Origin: Dehalococcoidia bacterium
GTDB taxonomy: Bacteria; Chloroflexota; Dehalococcoidia; Lucifugimonadales; Australimonadaceae
NCBI GenBank assembly: GCA_034422595.1
Contig: DAOUJO010000017.1
Span: 2,303 to 66,302 of the forward strand
Direction of reading: 5' to 3'
Length of the DNA stretch: 64,000 nucleotides
Under the pieces are notes generated by a model, which made no database searches, was not told the DNA's origin, and worked only from the letters and a program-made list of their open reading frames with translations. Shown in pieces: positions 45,071 to 52,768 of the stretch. Positions within the stretch are counted from its first letter, which is position 1; the number at the start of each line of letters is the position of its first letter. The position numbers and the translations under genes are program-made.

Positions 45071-45211
45071 GCACTCCTGAGCGACGCCGGATGACCATTG
45101 CCGCTACCAAATCCCGCAGTCGAACCATGGTAGGGCGGAGAAGGGCAACCGCGTAAGGGGCAGGTGTCACATCGCAGGCGGAAGCGGCACCGGCGCGAGT
45201 GGGCGGCCCTG

Positions 45212-46600
45212 CTATCGTGCCGGGATCGCCCTAGCGACGGCCTCACGGACGTTCGCCACCCCGACGACCTCGATGCCCTCCGGCGCGGCGAGGGAGCGCA
45301 GCGCCGCCTGCGGAACGAGCGCGCGCTCGAACCCGTGGCGTGCGGCCTCCTCCAAGCGGCGCTCGAGGTGAGCGGTGCTCCGCACCTCGCTGTTCAGTCC
45401 TATCTCGCCTACCAGGACCGTGGCCGGGTGTATGGGGGCGTCCAGGAAACTCGACGCGATGGCGGTAGCTATGGCGAGATCGAGCGCGGGCTCGGCCACC
45501 TGCAATCCGCTGGGGATGTTCACCATCACGTCCTGGCTACCGATGCTGATGCCCGTGCGGCGGGAGAGGACCGCGGCGAGCATAGCCATGCGGTTGAAGT
45601 CCACGCCCGTCGCGGTGCGCCGGGGTGGGCTGAACACCGATGCGTTGGTGAGCGCCTGCACCTCGCAGAGCAGCGGGCGGTTCCCCTGCATGGTCACGGC
45701 GACGGCGGAGCCGGGCGCAGAGGGATCGCGCTCCCCGACGAGGAGCGCCGAGGGGTCGCGCACCTCGGCGAGGCCCTCGTTCCGCATCTCCAGCAGCGCG
45801 ACGCCGTTGGCCGCTCCGAAGCGGTTCTTGGAGCAGCGCAGCAGGCGGAGCGAGCTGACGGGTTCACCCTCCATCGCGAGCACGACGTCCACCATGTGCT
45901 CCAGCACGCGCGGGCCCGCGATGTTGCCGTCCTTGGTGACGTGGCCGGTCATCACGACGGGGATGTTCGCTTGCTTGGCCCAGCCGATGAGGAGTTGAGC
46001 GCACTCGCGCACCTGAGCGACGCTGCCCGCCGCCGACTGGGCGTCAGGCGAGGTGAGCGTCTGTATCGAGTCCACGACGAGCAGCGCGGGATGCTCGCTC
46101 GTGAGCAGCGAGCCGATGGTCGGAGCGTCGGTCTCGGGGGAGAAGCGTACGTTCGGGCTTCGGACGCCCAGGCGTTCGGCGCGCATGCGCACCTGAGCGC
46201 CAGACTCCTCGCCGGAGACGTAGAGGACCTGGCCCGATGCCTCCGCGATGGCACCGGCAGCCTGGAGCAGCAGGGTGGACTTGCCGATGCCGGGGTCACC
46301 TGCCAGCAGCACGACGGAGCCCGCGACGATGCCGCCTCCGAGGAGACGGTCGACCTCGGTGAGGCCGGTCGAGATGCGCTCGCCATCCGAGCAGGGTTGC
46401 TCGATGAGCGGTGCAGGCGCAACGGTAGCGCGCGGCGCGGCGAGGGTCGCGGCTGTTCGCCTTCCCGCGGTCTGTTTCGGCTCCGTGAACTCGGTGATCG
46501 TGCCCCACGCGCCGCAGGCAGGGCAGCGACCGTTCCACTTGGGGGACGAATGCCCGCAGTCCCGGCAGAGAAAGGTGGTCCTGGTCCCAGCGTTCCGCAT
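45212..46600 (-). CDS. radA: DNA repair protein RadA/Sms
   Basis: N-terminal zinc finger FLCRDCG...CPACG, Walker A GDPGIGKST, KNRFG, and a Lon-like C-terminal domain. I prefer ATG 46600; the track ORF begins at a TTG at 46639. Confidence 0.92.
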   Translation of the reverse strand: MRNAGTRTTFLCRDCGHSSPKWNGRCPACGAWGTITEFTEPKQTAGRRTAATLAAPRATVAPAPLIEQPCSDGERISTGLTEVDRLLGGGIVAGSVVLLAGDPGIGKSTLLLQAAGAIAEASGQVLYVSGEESGAQVRMRAERLGVRSPNVRFSPETDAPTIGSLLTSEHPALLVVDSIQTLTSPDAQSAAGSVAQVRECAQLLIGWAKQANIPVVMTGHVTKDGNIAGPRVLEHMVDVVLAMEGEPVSSLRLLRCSKNRFGAANGVALLEMRNEGLAEVRDPSALLVGERDPSAPGSAVAVTMQGNRPLLCEVQALTNASVFSPPRRTATGVDFNRMAMLAAVLSRRTGISIGSQDVMVNIPSGLQVAEPALDLAIATAIASSFLDAPIHPATVLVGEIGLNSEVRSTAHLERRLEEAARHGFERALVPQAALRSLAAPEGIEVVGVANVREAVARAIPAR

Positions 46601-46691
46601 CACGGGCGCATCGTCCAACAACCCGCGATAGATGCGCAAGGGGCGGGTGTCACACCCGCCCCTTGCTCTGAGCGTTCTCTACTGCGACGTT

Positions 46692-49196
46692 CTATTCGGC
46701 TGCCGGAGCCGCTGCGGCCTCGGCGAGTTCGGGCGTTTCGTCGCTCTGCACGCTGATGGCGAGTTTCGGGTTCTCGGTGTCTTCGTTGTCGATGTCAACG
46801 ACGACGGTCTGCCCGGGCCGGTAGTCGCCGCGTATGACGCCCTCGGAGAGGGTGTCCTCCATCTCGCGCTCGATGAGCCTGCGGAGCGGGCGTGCGCCGA
46901 ACGTCGGGTCGAACCCCTTCTCGCCGAGCCATTCCTTGGCTGCCTGAGTCACTTCCAGGCTCAAACCCTTCTCCAGCATCGGCTTGCGCACCTCGTTCAG
47001 CATCAGGTCGACGATGCTGACGATGTGCTCCTTGGTGAGCGCGTGGAAGACGATCTGACCGTCGATGCGGTTCAGGAACTCGGGGCGGAAGAAGCGCTTG
47101 ACCTCGTCCTCCACCTTGGTCTTCATCTTCTCGTAGGCGTTCTCCTCCATCTTGGCCTGGTTCACCATGGCGAAACCGAAGGAGGTGTCGCGCTTGATGA
47201 GGTCCGAACCGATGTTGGACGTCATAACGATGATGGTGTTGCGGAAGTCCACCTTGCGGCCCTTCGCGTCGGTCAGGTGACCGTCGTCGAATATCTGCAG
47301 GAGCAGGTTGAAGACCTCAGGGTGCGCCTTCTCGATCTCGTCCAGCAGGATGCAGGTGTAGCTGCGGCGGCGGACGGCGTCGGTCAGCTGGCCGCCCTCC
47401 TCGTAGCCGACGTAGCCCGGAGGCGCGCCGACGAGCCGCGCCACGGTGTGACGCTCCATGAACTCCGACATGTCGAGACGTATCATCGCCTCCTCGGAGC
47501 CGAACATGAACTCCGCGAGGGCCTTCACCAGCTCCGTCTTGCCGACGCCAGTGGGGCCAAGGAAGAGGAAGCTGCCGATGGGACGCTTGGGGTCCTTGAG
47601 GCCGGCGCGTGCGCGGCGGACGGCCTTGGCGATGGCGACGATGGCCTCGTCCTGGCCGACGATGCGGCGGTGGATGTTCTCCTCCATGTGCAGGAGACGC
47701 TGGATCTCCTCGACAGCCATGTGGGTCACGGGGATGCCCGTCCACATGCTGACGACTTCCGCTATCTCTTCCTCGGTGACGGACGCCTTCTCATCGCCGG
47801 AGGTCTCGCGCCACTCGCTCTGCAGCTGCTGCAGGTTGTCGGCGAGCTTGACCTCGCGGTCGCGCAGCTCGGCAGCGTACTCGTACTGCTGCTGGGAGAT
47901 GGCCTCGTCCTTGTCGCGGCGAACCGTCTCCAGCATCTTCTGCGACTCCTTGACGGAGAGGGGCATGCCGCTCGTGCGGATGCGCACGCGGGAGCCGGCC
48001 TCGTCCATCAGGTCGATGGCCTTGTCAGGAAGGTAGCGGTCGGCGATGAAGCGCGATGCGAGGCTGGCAGCAGCCAGGAGCGCGTCGTCCTCGATCTTCA
48101 CGTTGTGGAACTCTTCGAACTTGCCGCGGATGCCCTTGAGGATCTCGACGGTCTCCTCGGTGGAGGGCTCGTCGACATTCACCGGCTGGAACCGGCGCTC
48201 GAGAGCGGGGTCGCGCTCCACGTACTTACGGTAGTCGTCGAGCGTCGTTGCGCCGATGCATTGCAGCTCTCCGCGTGCGAGCGAGGGCTTGAGGATGTTC
48301 GCAGCGTCCACAGCCCCTTCAGCTGCGCCCGCGCCCACCATCGTGTGCATCTCGTCTATGAAGAGGATGCAGTTGCCGGAGGACTTGATCTCCTCGACAA
48401 CCTTCTTCAGGCGCTCTTCGAACTCGCCCCGGTACTTGGTGCCGGCGACGAGCGCGCCCATGTCCAGCGTGACCACGCGGCGGTTGGTCAGGTTCTCCGG
48501 CACGTCGCCGGCGTTCACCTGCTGGGCGAGCGCTTCCACGATGGCGGTCTTGCCGACGCCCGGAGGCCCGACGAGCACAGGGTTGTTCTTCGTGCGGCGG
48601 CTGAGGATCTGCACGACGCGTGCGATCTCCTTGCTGCGCCCGATGACGGGGTCGAGTTTCCCTTCCTGTGCGTACTTGGTGAGGTCTATGCCGAGCTGGT
48701 CCAGCGTGGGCGTGCGGTTGCTGGAGCGGCTGTGCCCCTGGCTCTGGGAGACGCTCTGGTTGAGGATGCGGGTCGTCTCGGCGCGCACCTTGTCCAGTGA
48801 GACGCCGAGGCTTTCGAGCACGCCTGCGGCGACGCCCTCGCCCTCGCGCATGATGCCGATGAGCAGGTGCTCGGTGCCGATGTAGTGGTGGGTGAGGCGG
48901 CGGGCCTCGTCCACGGCCAACTCGATCACTTTCTTGGCGCGCGGCGTGAGGCCGATGTCGCCGGGGGAGGGGCGCTCGCCCCTGCCGATGATGAACTCGA
49001 CCGCGGAGCGGACCTTGGAGAGTTCGACGTTCAGGCTGCTGAGGACGCGGGCGGCGACGCCGTCCGTCTCCCGGACGAGGCCAAGCAGGATGTGCTCGGT
49101 GCCGATGTAGTTATGGTTGAACCGCTGCGCCTCTTCCTGGGCGAGCGAAAGCACCCTGCGAGCACGTTCCGAGAATTTTTCGAATCTGCTGGCCAT
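46692..49196 (-). CDS. clpC: ATP-dependent Clp protease ATP-binding subunit ClpC
   Basis: 834 aa. A duplicated Clp_N repeat, two AAA modules ([16 protein letters not shown]) and a UVR-like linker ([12 protein letters not shown]). Confidence 0.95.
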   Translation of the reverse strand: MASRFEKFSERARRVLSLAQEEAQRFNHNYIGTEHILLGLVRETDGVAARVLSSLNVELSKVRSAVEFIIGRGERPSPGDIGLTPRAKKVIELAVDEARRLTHHYIGTEHLLIGIMREGEGVAAGVLESLGVSLDKVRAETTRILNQSVSQSQGHSRSSNRTPTLDQLGIDLTKYAQEGKLDPVIGRSKEIARVVQILSRRTKNNPVLVGPPGVGKTAIVEALAQQVNAGDVPENLTNRRVVTLDMGALVAGTKYRGEFEERLKKVVEEIKSSGNCILFIDEMHTMVGAGAAEGAVDAANILKPSLARGELQCIGATTLDDYRKYVERDPALERRFQPVNVDEPSTEETVEILKGIRGKFEEFHNVKIEDDALLAAASLASRFIADRYLPDKAIDLMDEAGSRVRIRTSGMPLSVKESQKMLETVRRDKDEAISQQQYEYAAELRDREVKLADNLQQLQSEWRETSGDEKASVTEEEIAEVVSMWTGIPVTHMAVEEIQRLLHMEENIHRRIVGQDEAIVAIAKAVRRARAGLKDPKRPIGSFLFLGPTGVGKTELVKALAEFMFGSEEAMIRLDMSEFMERHTVARLVGAPPGYVGYEEGGQLTDAVRRRSYTCILLDEIEKAHPEVFNLLLQIFDDGHLTDAKGRKVDFRNTIIVMTSNIGSDLIKRDTSFGFAMVNQAKMEENAYEKMKTKVEDEVKRFFRPEFLNRIDGQIVFHALTKEHIVSIVDLMLNEVRKPMLEKGLSLEVTQAAKEWLGEKGFDPTFGARPLRRLIEREMEDTLSEGVIRGDYRPGQTVVVDIDNEDTENPKLAISVQSDETPELAEAAAAPAAE

Positions 49197-49230
49197 GACC
49201 GCCTCCGGTTCTATCTAATCACATCGCGGT

Positions 49231-50400
49231 CTATTGCGCGAGCCCACTGTCCCTGCCGAAGTCGAGGAACGAGTGATATTCGACCGGGTCGTGATGTTCA
49301 GTAGGCGTCTTCGTCTCCTCTACGCGGCGCAGACTAAGTCCGAGCCGATGACGTTCCGGATCGAGGCTCACTATCTGGAGCGTCATTGTATCACCGATAT
49401 TTACGACTTCACGCGGGTGACGGATGTGTGCTTCAGTCAGTTCCGAGATATGAATAAGCCCTTCAATCCCGTCCTCAACGCGCGCGAATGCGCCGAAATC
49501 GGCAAAGTTCGTAATCGTTCCGGTCACCAATTGCCCCACGTGCATACGTTCCATGGCCGCTTGCCAGGGGGTGGGGGTGAGGCGGCGGAGGCTGAGTGCG
49601 ATACGGCGGTTATCGCGGTCGATACGCAGCACCTGCACGTCGACTTCCTGCCCTACCTCCAGCACGTCCGCAACGTTGCTCACCGGAGACCACGATATCT
49701 CAGAGATGTGAACGAGCCCGTCGGCGCCGCCGATATCCACGAAGGCGCCGAAATTGGAGATGCCGGACACGCGCCCGTGGCGAACGTCGCCTTCCTGCAA
49801 CGTGCCCAGCAGTTGGTCTTTCAGCCCTTCCCGCTGCTCGCGAAGCGCTCCCCGCTCCGTGAGGACCACGCGGTTGCGCTTCCGGTTCACCTCGACGATC
49901 TTGAGCGAAACTTCCTCTCCCACACGCGCCGCAAGAGCGGCTTCCGGATCGGCGCCTGTCGTGATCGCCACCTGCGAGAGGGGGATGAAGCCTTGCAGTC
50001 CGCTCAGGTCCACGACCATCCCTCCGCGGTTGTGGCCGGTGACTTTCCCCGTTACGAAGGTGTCGTTGCGTTCCGCTTCTTCGAGCGTCAGCCAGGCGCT
50101 GAGCGCGCGTACGCGGTCGATGGACAGCTGCGCCTGCCCCTCAGGGCCGGTGACGTCCATGACGTAGACGTTGATGGTGTCGCCGATGCTGTAGTGGGCG
50201 CCGGGGTGCGGCGTCAGCGTCCGCATCTCACGGGCAGGTACCATGCCTTCCGATTTGTAGCCGATGGAGACGAGAATCCCGTCTTGGTCTATCTCCATGA
50301 TCTGTCCGGGTACGATGTCTCCCCGGCGCAACTCCTGTGGCAGAGTCTCCTCCTGGAGGAGCTCCGCCATCGTTGGTTCGCCGGGGTCACCCGTGCTCAT
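49231..50400 (-). CDS. rpsA: 30S ribosomal protein S1 (four S1 domains)
   Basis: Repeated S1 OB-fold units (G.IV.G.V..I...G..V.IG...G..). I prefer ATG 50400 (MSTGDPGE); the track ORF begins at a GTG at 50418. Confidence 0.85.
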   Translation of the reverse strand: MSTGDPGEPTMAELLQEETLPQELRRGDIVPGQIMEIDQDGILVSIGYKSEGMVPAREMRTLTPHPGAHYSIGDTINVYVMDVTGPEGQAQLSIDRVRALSAWLTLEEAERNDTFVTGKVTGHNRGGMVVDLSGLQGFIPLSQVAITTGADPEAALAARVGEEVSLKIVEVNRKRNRVVLTERGALREQREGLKDQLLGTLQEGDVRHGRVSGISNFGAFVDIGGADGLVHISEISWSPVSNVADVLEVGQEVDVQVLRIDRDNRRIALSLRRLTPTPWQAAMERMHVGQLVTGTITNFADFGAFARVEDGIEGLIHISELTEAHIRHPREVVNIGDTMTLQIVSLDPERHRLGLSLRRVEETKTPTEHHDPVEYHSFLDFGRDSGLAQ

Positions 50401-50568
50401 CTGCTCAGACACGGCCACTCCGAATCGGCATTTGCCAGAGGTGCGATTCTACGGCCTGACGTCCAGGTTGCATACCCTAGAAGGCGGTGCATTAGACGCT
50501 CAGCGCGAAGCGACTTCCACATGGCGCCCAAGAGGGCGCCCGCGAGTCGTTGGGAAGGGGGACAGCAA

Positions 50569-50588
50569 GCCCGGGCAACTGCCCGGGC
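50569..50588 (-). terminator. GC hairpin immediately downstream of the 5S rRNA
   Basis: GCCCGGGC-aact-GCCCGGGC is an 8-bp self-complementary stem, followed on the minus strand only by TTGCTG (weak U tract). A second hairpin, GGCGCCC-aaga-GGGCGCC, lies at 50523-50540. Confidence 0.4.
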
Positions 50589-50605
50589 GCTCATCTGTCT
50601 CAATA

Positions 50606-50723
50606 GCCTGGCGGTGACCTATTTTCCCAGCAAGTTGCCCTGCCAGTATCGTCGGCGCTGGAGCGTTTCACTTCCGTGTTCGGGATGGGTACGGGTGGGT
50701 CCGCCCCGCTCAAACCACCAAGC
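50606..50723 (-). rRNA. rrf: 5S ribosomal RNA
   Basis: The minus strand reads GCTTGGTGGTTTGAGCGGGGCGGACCCACCCGTACCCATCCCGAACACGGAAGTGAAACGCTCCAGCGCCGACGATACTGGCAGGGCAACTTGCTGGGAAAATAGGTCACCGCCAGGC. It contains the universal CCGAAC...GAAGTGAAAC core. A 9-bp helix I forms between the ends (GCUUGGUGG/CCGCCAGGC). Ends are +/-2 nt. Confidence 0.85.
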
Positions 50724-50729
50724 CTCCTG

Positions 50730-50759
50730 AGTATACGGGCGCCCCTGTACGGGAGTCAA
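50730..50759 (-). promoter_or_regulatory. promoter TTGACT-N18-TATACT placed 6 nt upstream of the 5S 5' end
   Basis: The minus strand reads gtTTGACTcccgtacaggggcgcccgTATACTcaggagGCTTGGTGG. The hexamers and spacing match the rpmH promoter in this window. Confidence 0.55.
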
Positions 50760-50817
50760 ACGGGTTTAACGTTCTCGAAACCATCCACGAACAGGGCGGT
50801 GCTACAATCGCTGCACT

Positions 50818-51783
50818 ATGAAGAAGATCGGCGTGCTGGCCAGCGGCGGAGACGCTCCGGGCATGAACGCGGCTATCCGCGCTGTCACGCGCACCGCCTT
50901 GTTCCGCTCCACTGAAGTCTGGGGTTTCTGGGACGGCTTCAACGGCCTCCTCGACCATCGGGTGGAAGAGCTTACTACCCGGCATGTTGCCGGGTCGCTG
51001 CGGCACGGCGGCAGCATCATCGGAGCGGGCCGCTGCGAGCCTTTCCTTGACCCGAACGTCCGCAGCAAGGCCGTGGAGGACCTGCGCGCGGGAGGTTTCG
51101 AAGGGCTGGTCGTCATCGGCGGTGAGGGCTCCATGCAAGGTGCATGGGAGCTACACAAGCTCGGCATGCCCGTCGTCTGCATCCCCGCGACCATAGACAA
51201 CGACATGCCCGGCACGGAGATCACTATCGGGGCGGACACGGCGATCAATACGGCGATGGAGGCCATCGACCGGATCCAGGACACCGCCGCCGCGCACCGG
51301 CGGGCCATGATCGTCGAGGTGATGGGCAGGCAGTGCGGATACATCGCCGTCATGGCCGGTCTTGCCACGGGCGCAGAGATGGTACTCACCCCTGAACGCC
51401 CGATGGAGCTGGAAGAGGTCTTCGAGGAGATGCGGCAGGTCTGGCTGCGGGGCAAGCGCCACTTCATCATCGTTCTGGCGGAAGGGGCACGCTGGGGAGC
51501 GGCGGAGCTCGCGCAGCTCATCAACGAATCGGACAAGCCTTACGACGCCCGCTACACGGTGCTCGGGTACATACAGCGCGGAGGCGTGCCGTCCCGGTTC
51601 GACCGCATCCTTGGAACGCGCATGGGCGTCAAAGCAGCCGACGCTCTGCTGGACGGCGTATCCGGAGGCCTCGTTTGCTGGCGGAACAACCGCAGCGAAG
51701 TGCTGCCGATAGACGAACTGCCTCCGCGCGGCGACCCGTGGGACGAGATGCTGAGCAGGGTGCAGGCCATCTCCGCCACCTGA
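50818..51783 (+). CDS. pfkA: ATP-dependent 6-phosphofructokinase
   Basis: IGVLASGGDAPGMNAAIRAV, GGEGS, IPATIDND and MGR.CGY motifs. TACAAT (50803-50808) lies 9 nt upstream of the ATG, with no SD. Confidence 0.92.
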   Translation: MKKIGVLASGGDAPGMNAAIRAVTRTALFRSTEVWGFWDGFNGLLDHRVEELTTRHVAGSLRHGGSIIGAGRCEPFLDPNVRSKAVEDLRAGGFEGLVVIGGEGSMQGAWELHKLGMPVVCIPATIDNDMPGTEITIGADTAINTAMEAIDRIQDTAAAHRRAMIVEVMGRQCGYIAVMAGLATGAEMVLTPERPMELEEVFEEMRQVWLRGKRHFIIVLAEGARWGAAELAQLINESDKPYDARYTVLGYIQRGGVPSRFDRILGTRMGVKAADALLDGVSGGLVCWRNNRSEVLPIDELPPRGDPWDEMLSRVQAISAT

Positions 51784-51870
51784 CGGCCGTTGCCCCGCTT
51801 CTCCTGTTCCCGTATACTCTAGCGGTTGCCCGTCGCGGACGGGCGCCATGCAACGGCAAGAGGTACTCCC

Positions 51871-52227
51871 ATGGAAGCGCGCGACGCAGTGGCACTGACT
51901 CCCAACGAGAAGATCGCGGAGTTTCAGCCGGGCGACACCGTGAAGGTGAACGTCTGGATCCGCGAAGGCGAGCGCCGGCGCCAGCAGAGCTTCCAGGGCG
52001 TTGTCATCCGGAAGCGCGGCGGCGGCCCGGCCAGCTCCTTCACGGTGCGCCGCGTCGCGTCAGGTGTGGGGGTCGAGCGCTCGTTCTTCTTCCATTCCCC
52101 GAATGTGGACAGCGTGGAACTGGTGCGCCGGGGCAAGGTGCGCCGCGCCAAGCTGTACTACCTGCGGGGCCTGTCCGGGAAAGCGGCGCGCATCAAGGAG
52201 CGCACCCAGGGCGGCGGCAAGCGCTAG
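51871..52227 (+). CDS. rplS: 50S ribosomal protein L19
   Basis: F.PGDTVKV.V.I.EG.R.R.Q.F.GVVI.....G....FTVRR...GVGVER.F..HSP. ATG verified at 51871. Confidence 0.92.
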   Translation: MEARDAVALTPNEKIAEFQPGDTVKVNVWIREGERRRQQSFQGVVIRKRGGGPASSFTVRRVASGVGVERSFFFHSPNVDSVELVRRGKVRRAKLYYLRGLSGKAARIKERTQGGGKR

Positions 52228-52748
52228 CCCGCTGCAGCCTCAACCGCTCCTTCCCCCTCTTCTTCCGCTCCCTGTTCAACCTCGTAGAGGTCGTCCGGCG
52301 CACGCAGGTGGTCCGTGTAGAGCACGCCGTCCAGGTGGTCGCATTCGTGTTCGAGCGCCTGGGCGAGCAGTTCCGTTGCGCCCTTGTAGCGTATGGGCTT
52401 ACCGTCCAGCCCCACGCCGCGCGCCCACACCTTCTCGGCCCGGAGTATGCGGCCCTGCCAGCCGGGCAGGCTGAGGCAGCCCTCTGTGACCTCGCGCTCG
52501 CCCTCTTTGCGCGTGATCTCCAGGTTCAGGAGCACCGTCGGCTCCTCGTCTTCCGGCAGCTGGATGACGCAGATACGCTTGAGCGAGCCGATCTGGTTCG
52601 CGGCGAGCCCTACGCCGTTGTAGTGGTACATCGACTCGATCATGTCGTCCGCGAGTTTGCGCAGCGCAGGGTCGGCGAGGCCGCGCACCTTGCGGGCGCG
52701 TTCGCGCAGGACAGGGTCCGGGATGTAGTGCATCTGCAGGACTGCCAT
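52224..52748 (-). CDS. def: peptide deformylase (with acidic C-terminal tail)
   Basis: [15 protein letters not shown] and HE.DH motifs. ATG verified at 52748; the track ORF extends spuriously to 52943. Confidence 0.9.
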   Translation of the reverse strand: MAVLQMHYIPDPVLRERARKVRGLADPALRKLADDMIESMYHYNGVGLAANQIGSLKRICVIQLPEDEEPTVLLNLEITRKEGEREVTEGCLSLPGWQGRILRAEKVWARGVGLDGKPIRYKGATELLAQALEHECDHLDGVLYTDHLRAPDDLYEVEQGAEEEGEGAVEAAAG

Positions 52749-52768
52749 ACAACGATTATACGAGCGCC

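Noticed and set aside
45095-45140. tRNA-like T-arm (minus strand GGTTCGACTGC) suggesting a tRNA fragment or integration scar
   Set aside because: The flanking bases do not form a T stem (CATGG versus GCGGG). There is no acceptor or anticodon arm, and no integrase is nearby. The CTACCA...TGGTAG inverted repeat is short and on its own uninformative.
44965-45246. 93-aa and 61-aa ORFs (44985..45170) crossing the radA-lipA spacer
   Set aside because: Their 5' parts overlap the radA 3' end or lack any start context. Only the last 34 codons, behind an AGGAG-ATG, are even plausible, and that is reported as a hypothesis in the findings, not as a gene.
46632-48800. 722-aa ORF on the plus strand
   Set aside because: It is the antisense shadow of clpC. 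The same reasoning applies to 1412..3118 (+, over pdxT/pdxS), 3393..4775 (+, over proS), 24321..26312 (+, over ftsK), 26803..28116 (+, over rnj), 39470..41380 (-, over metG), 42244..44235 (+), 45164..46756 (+), 49234..50730 (+) and 59996..60994 (-).
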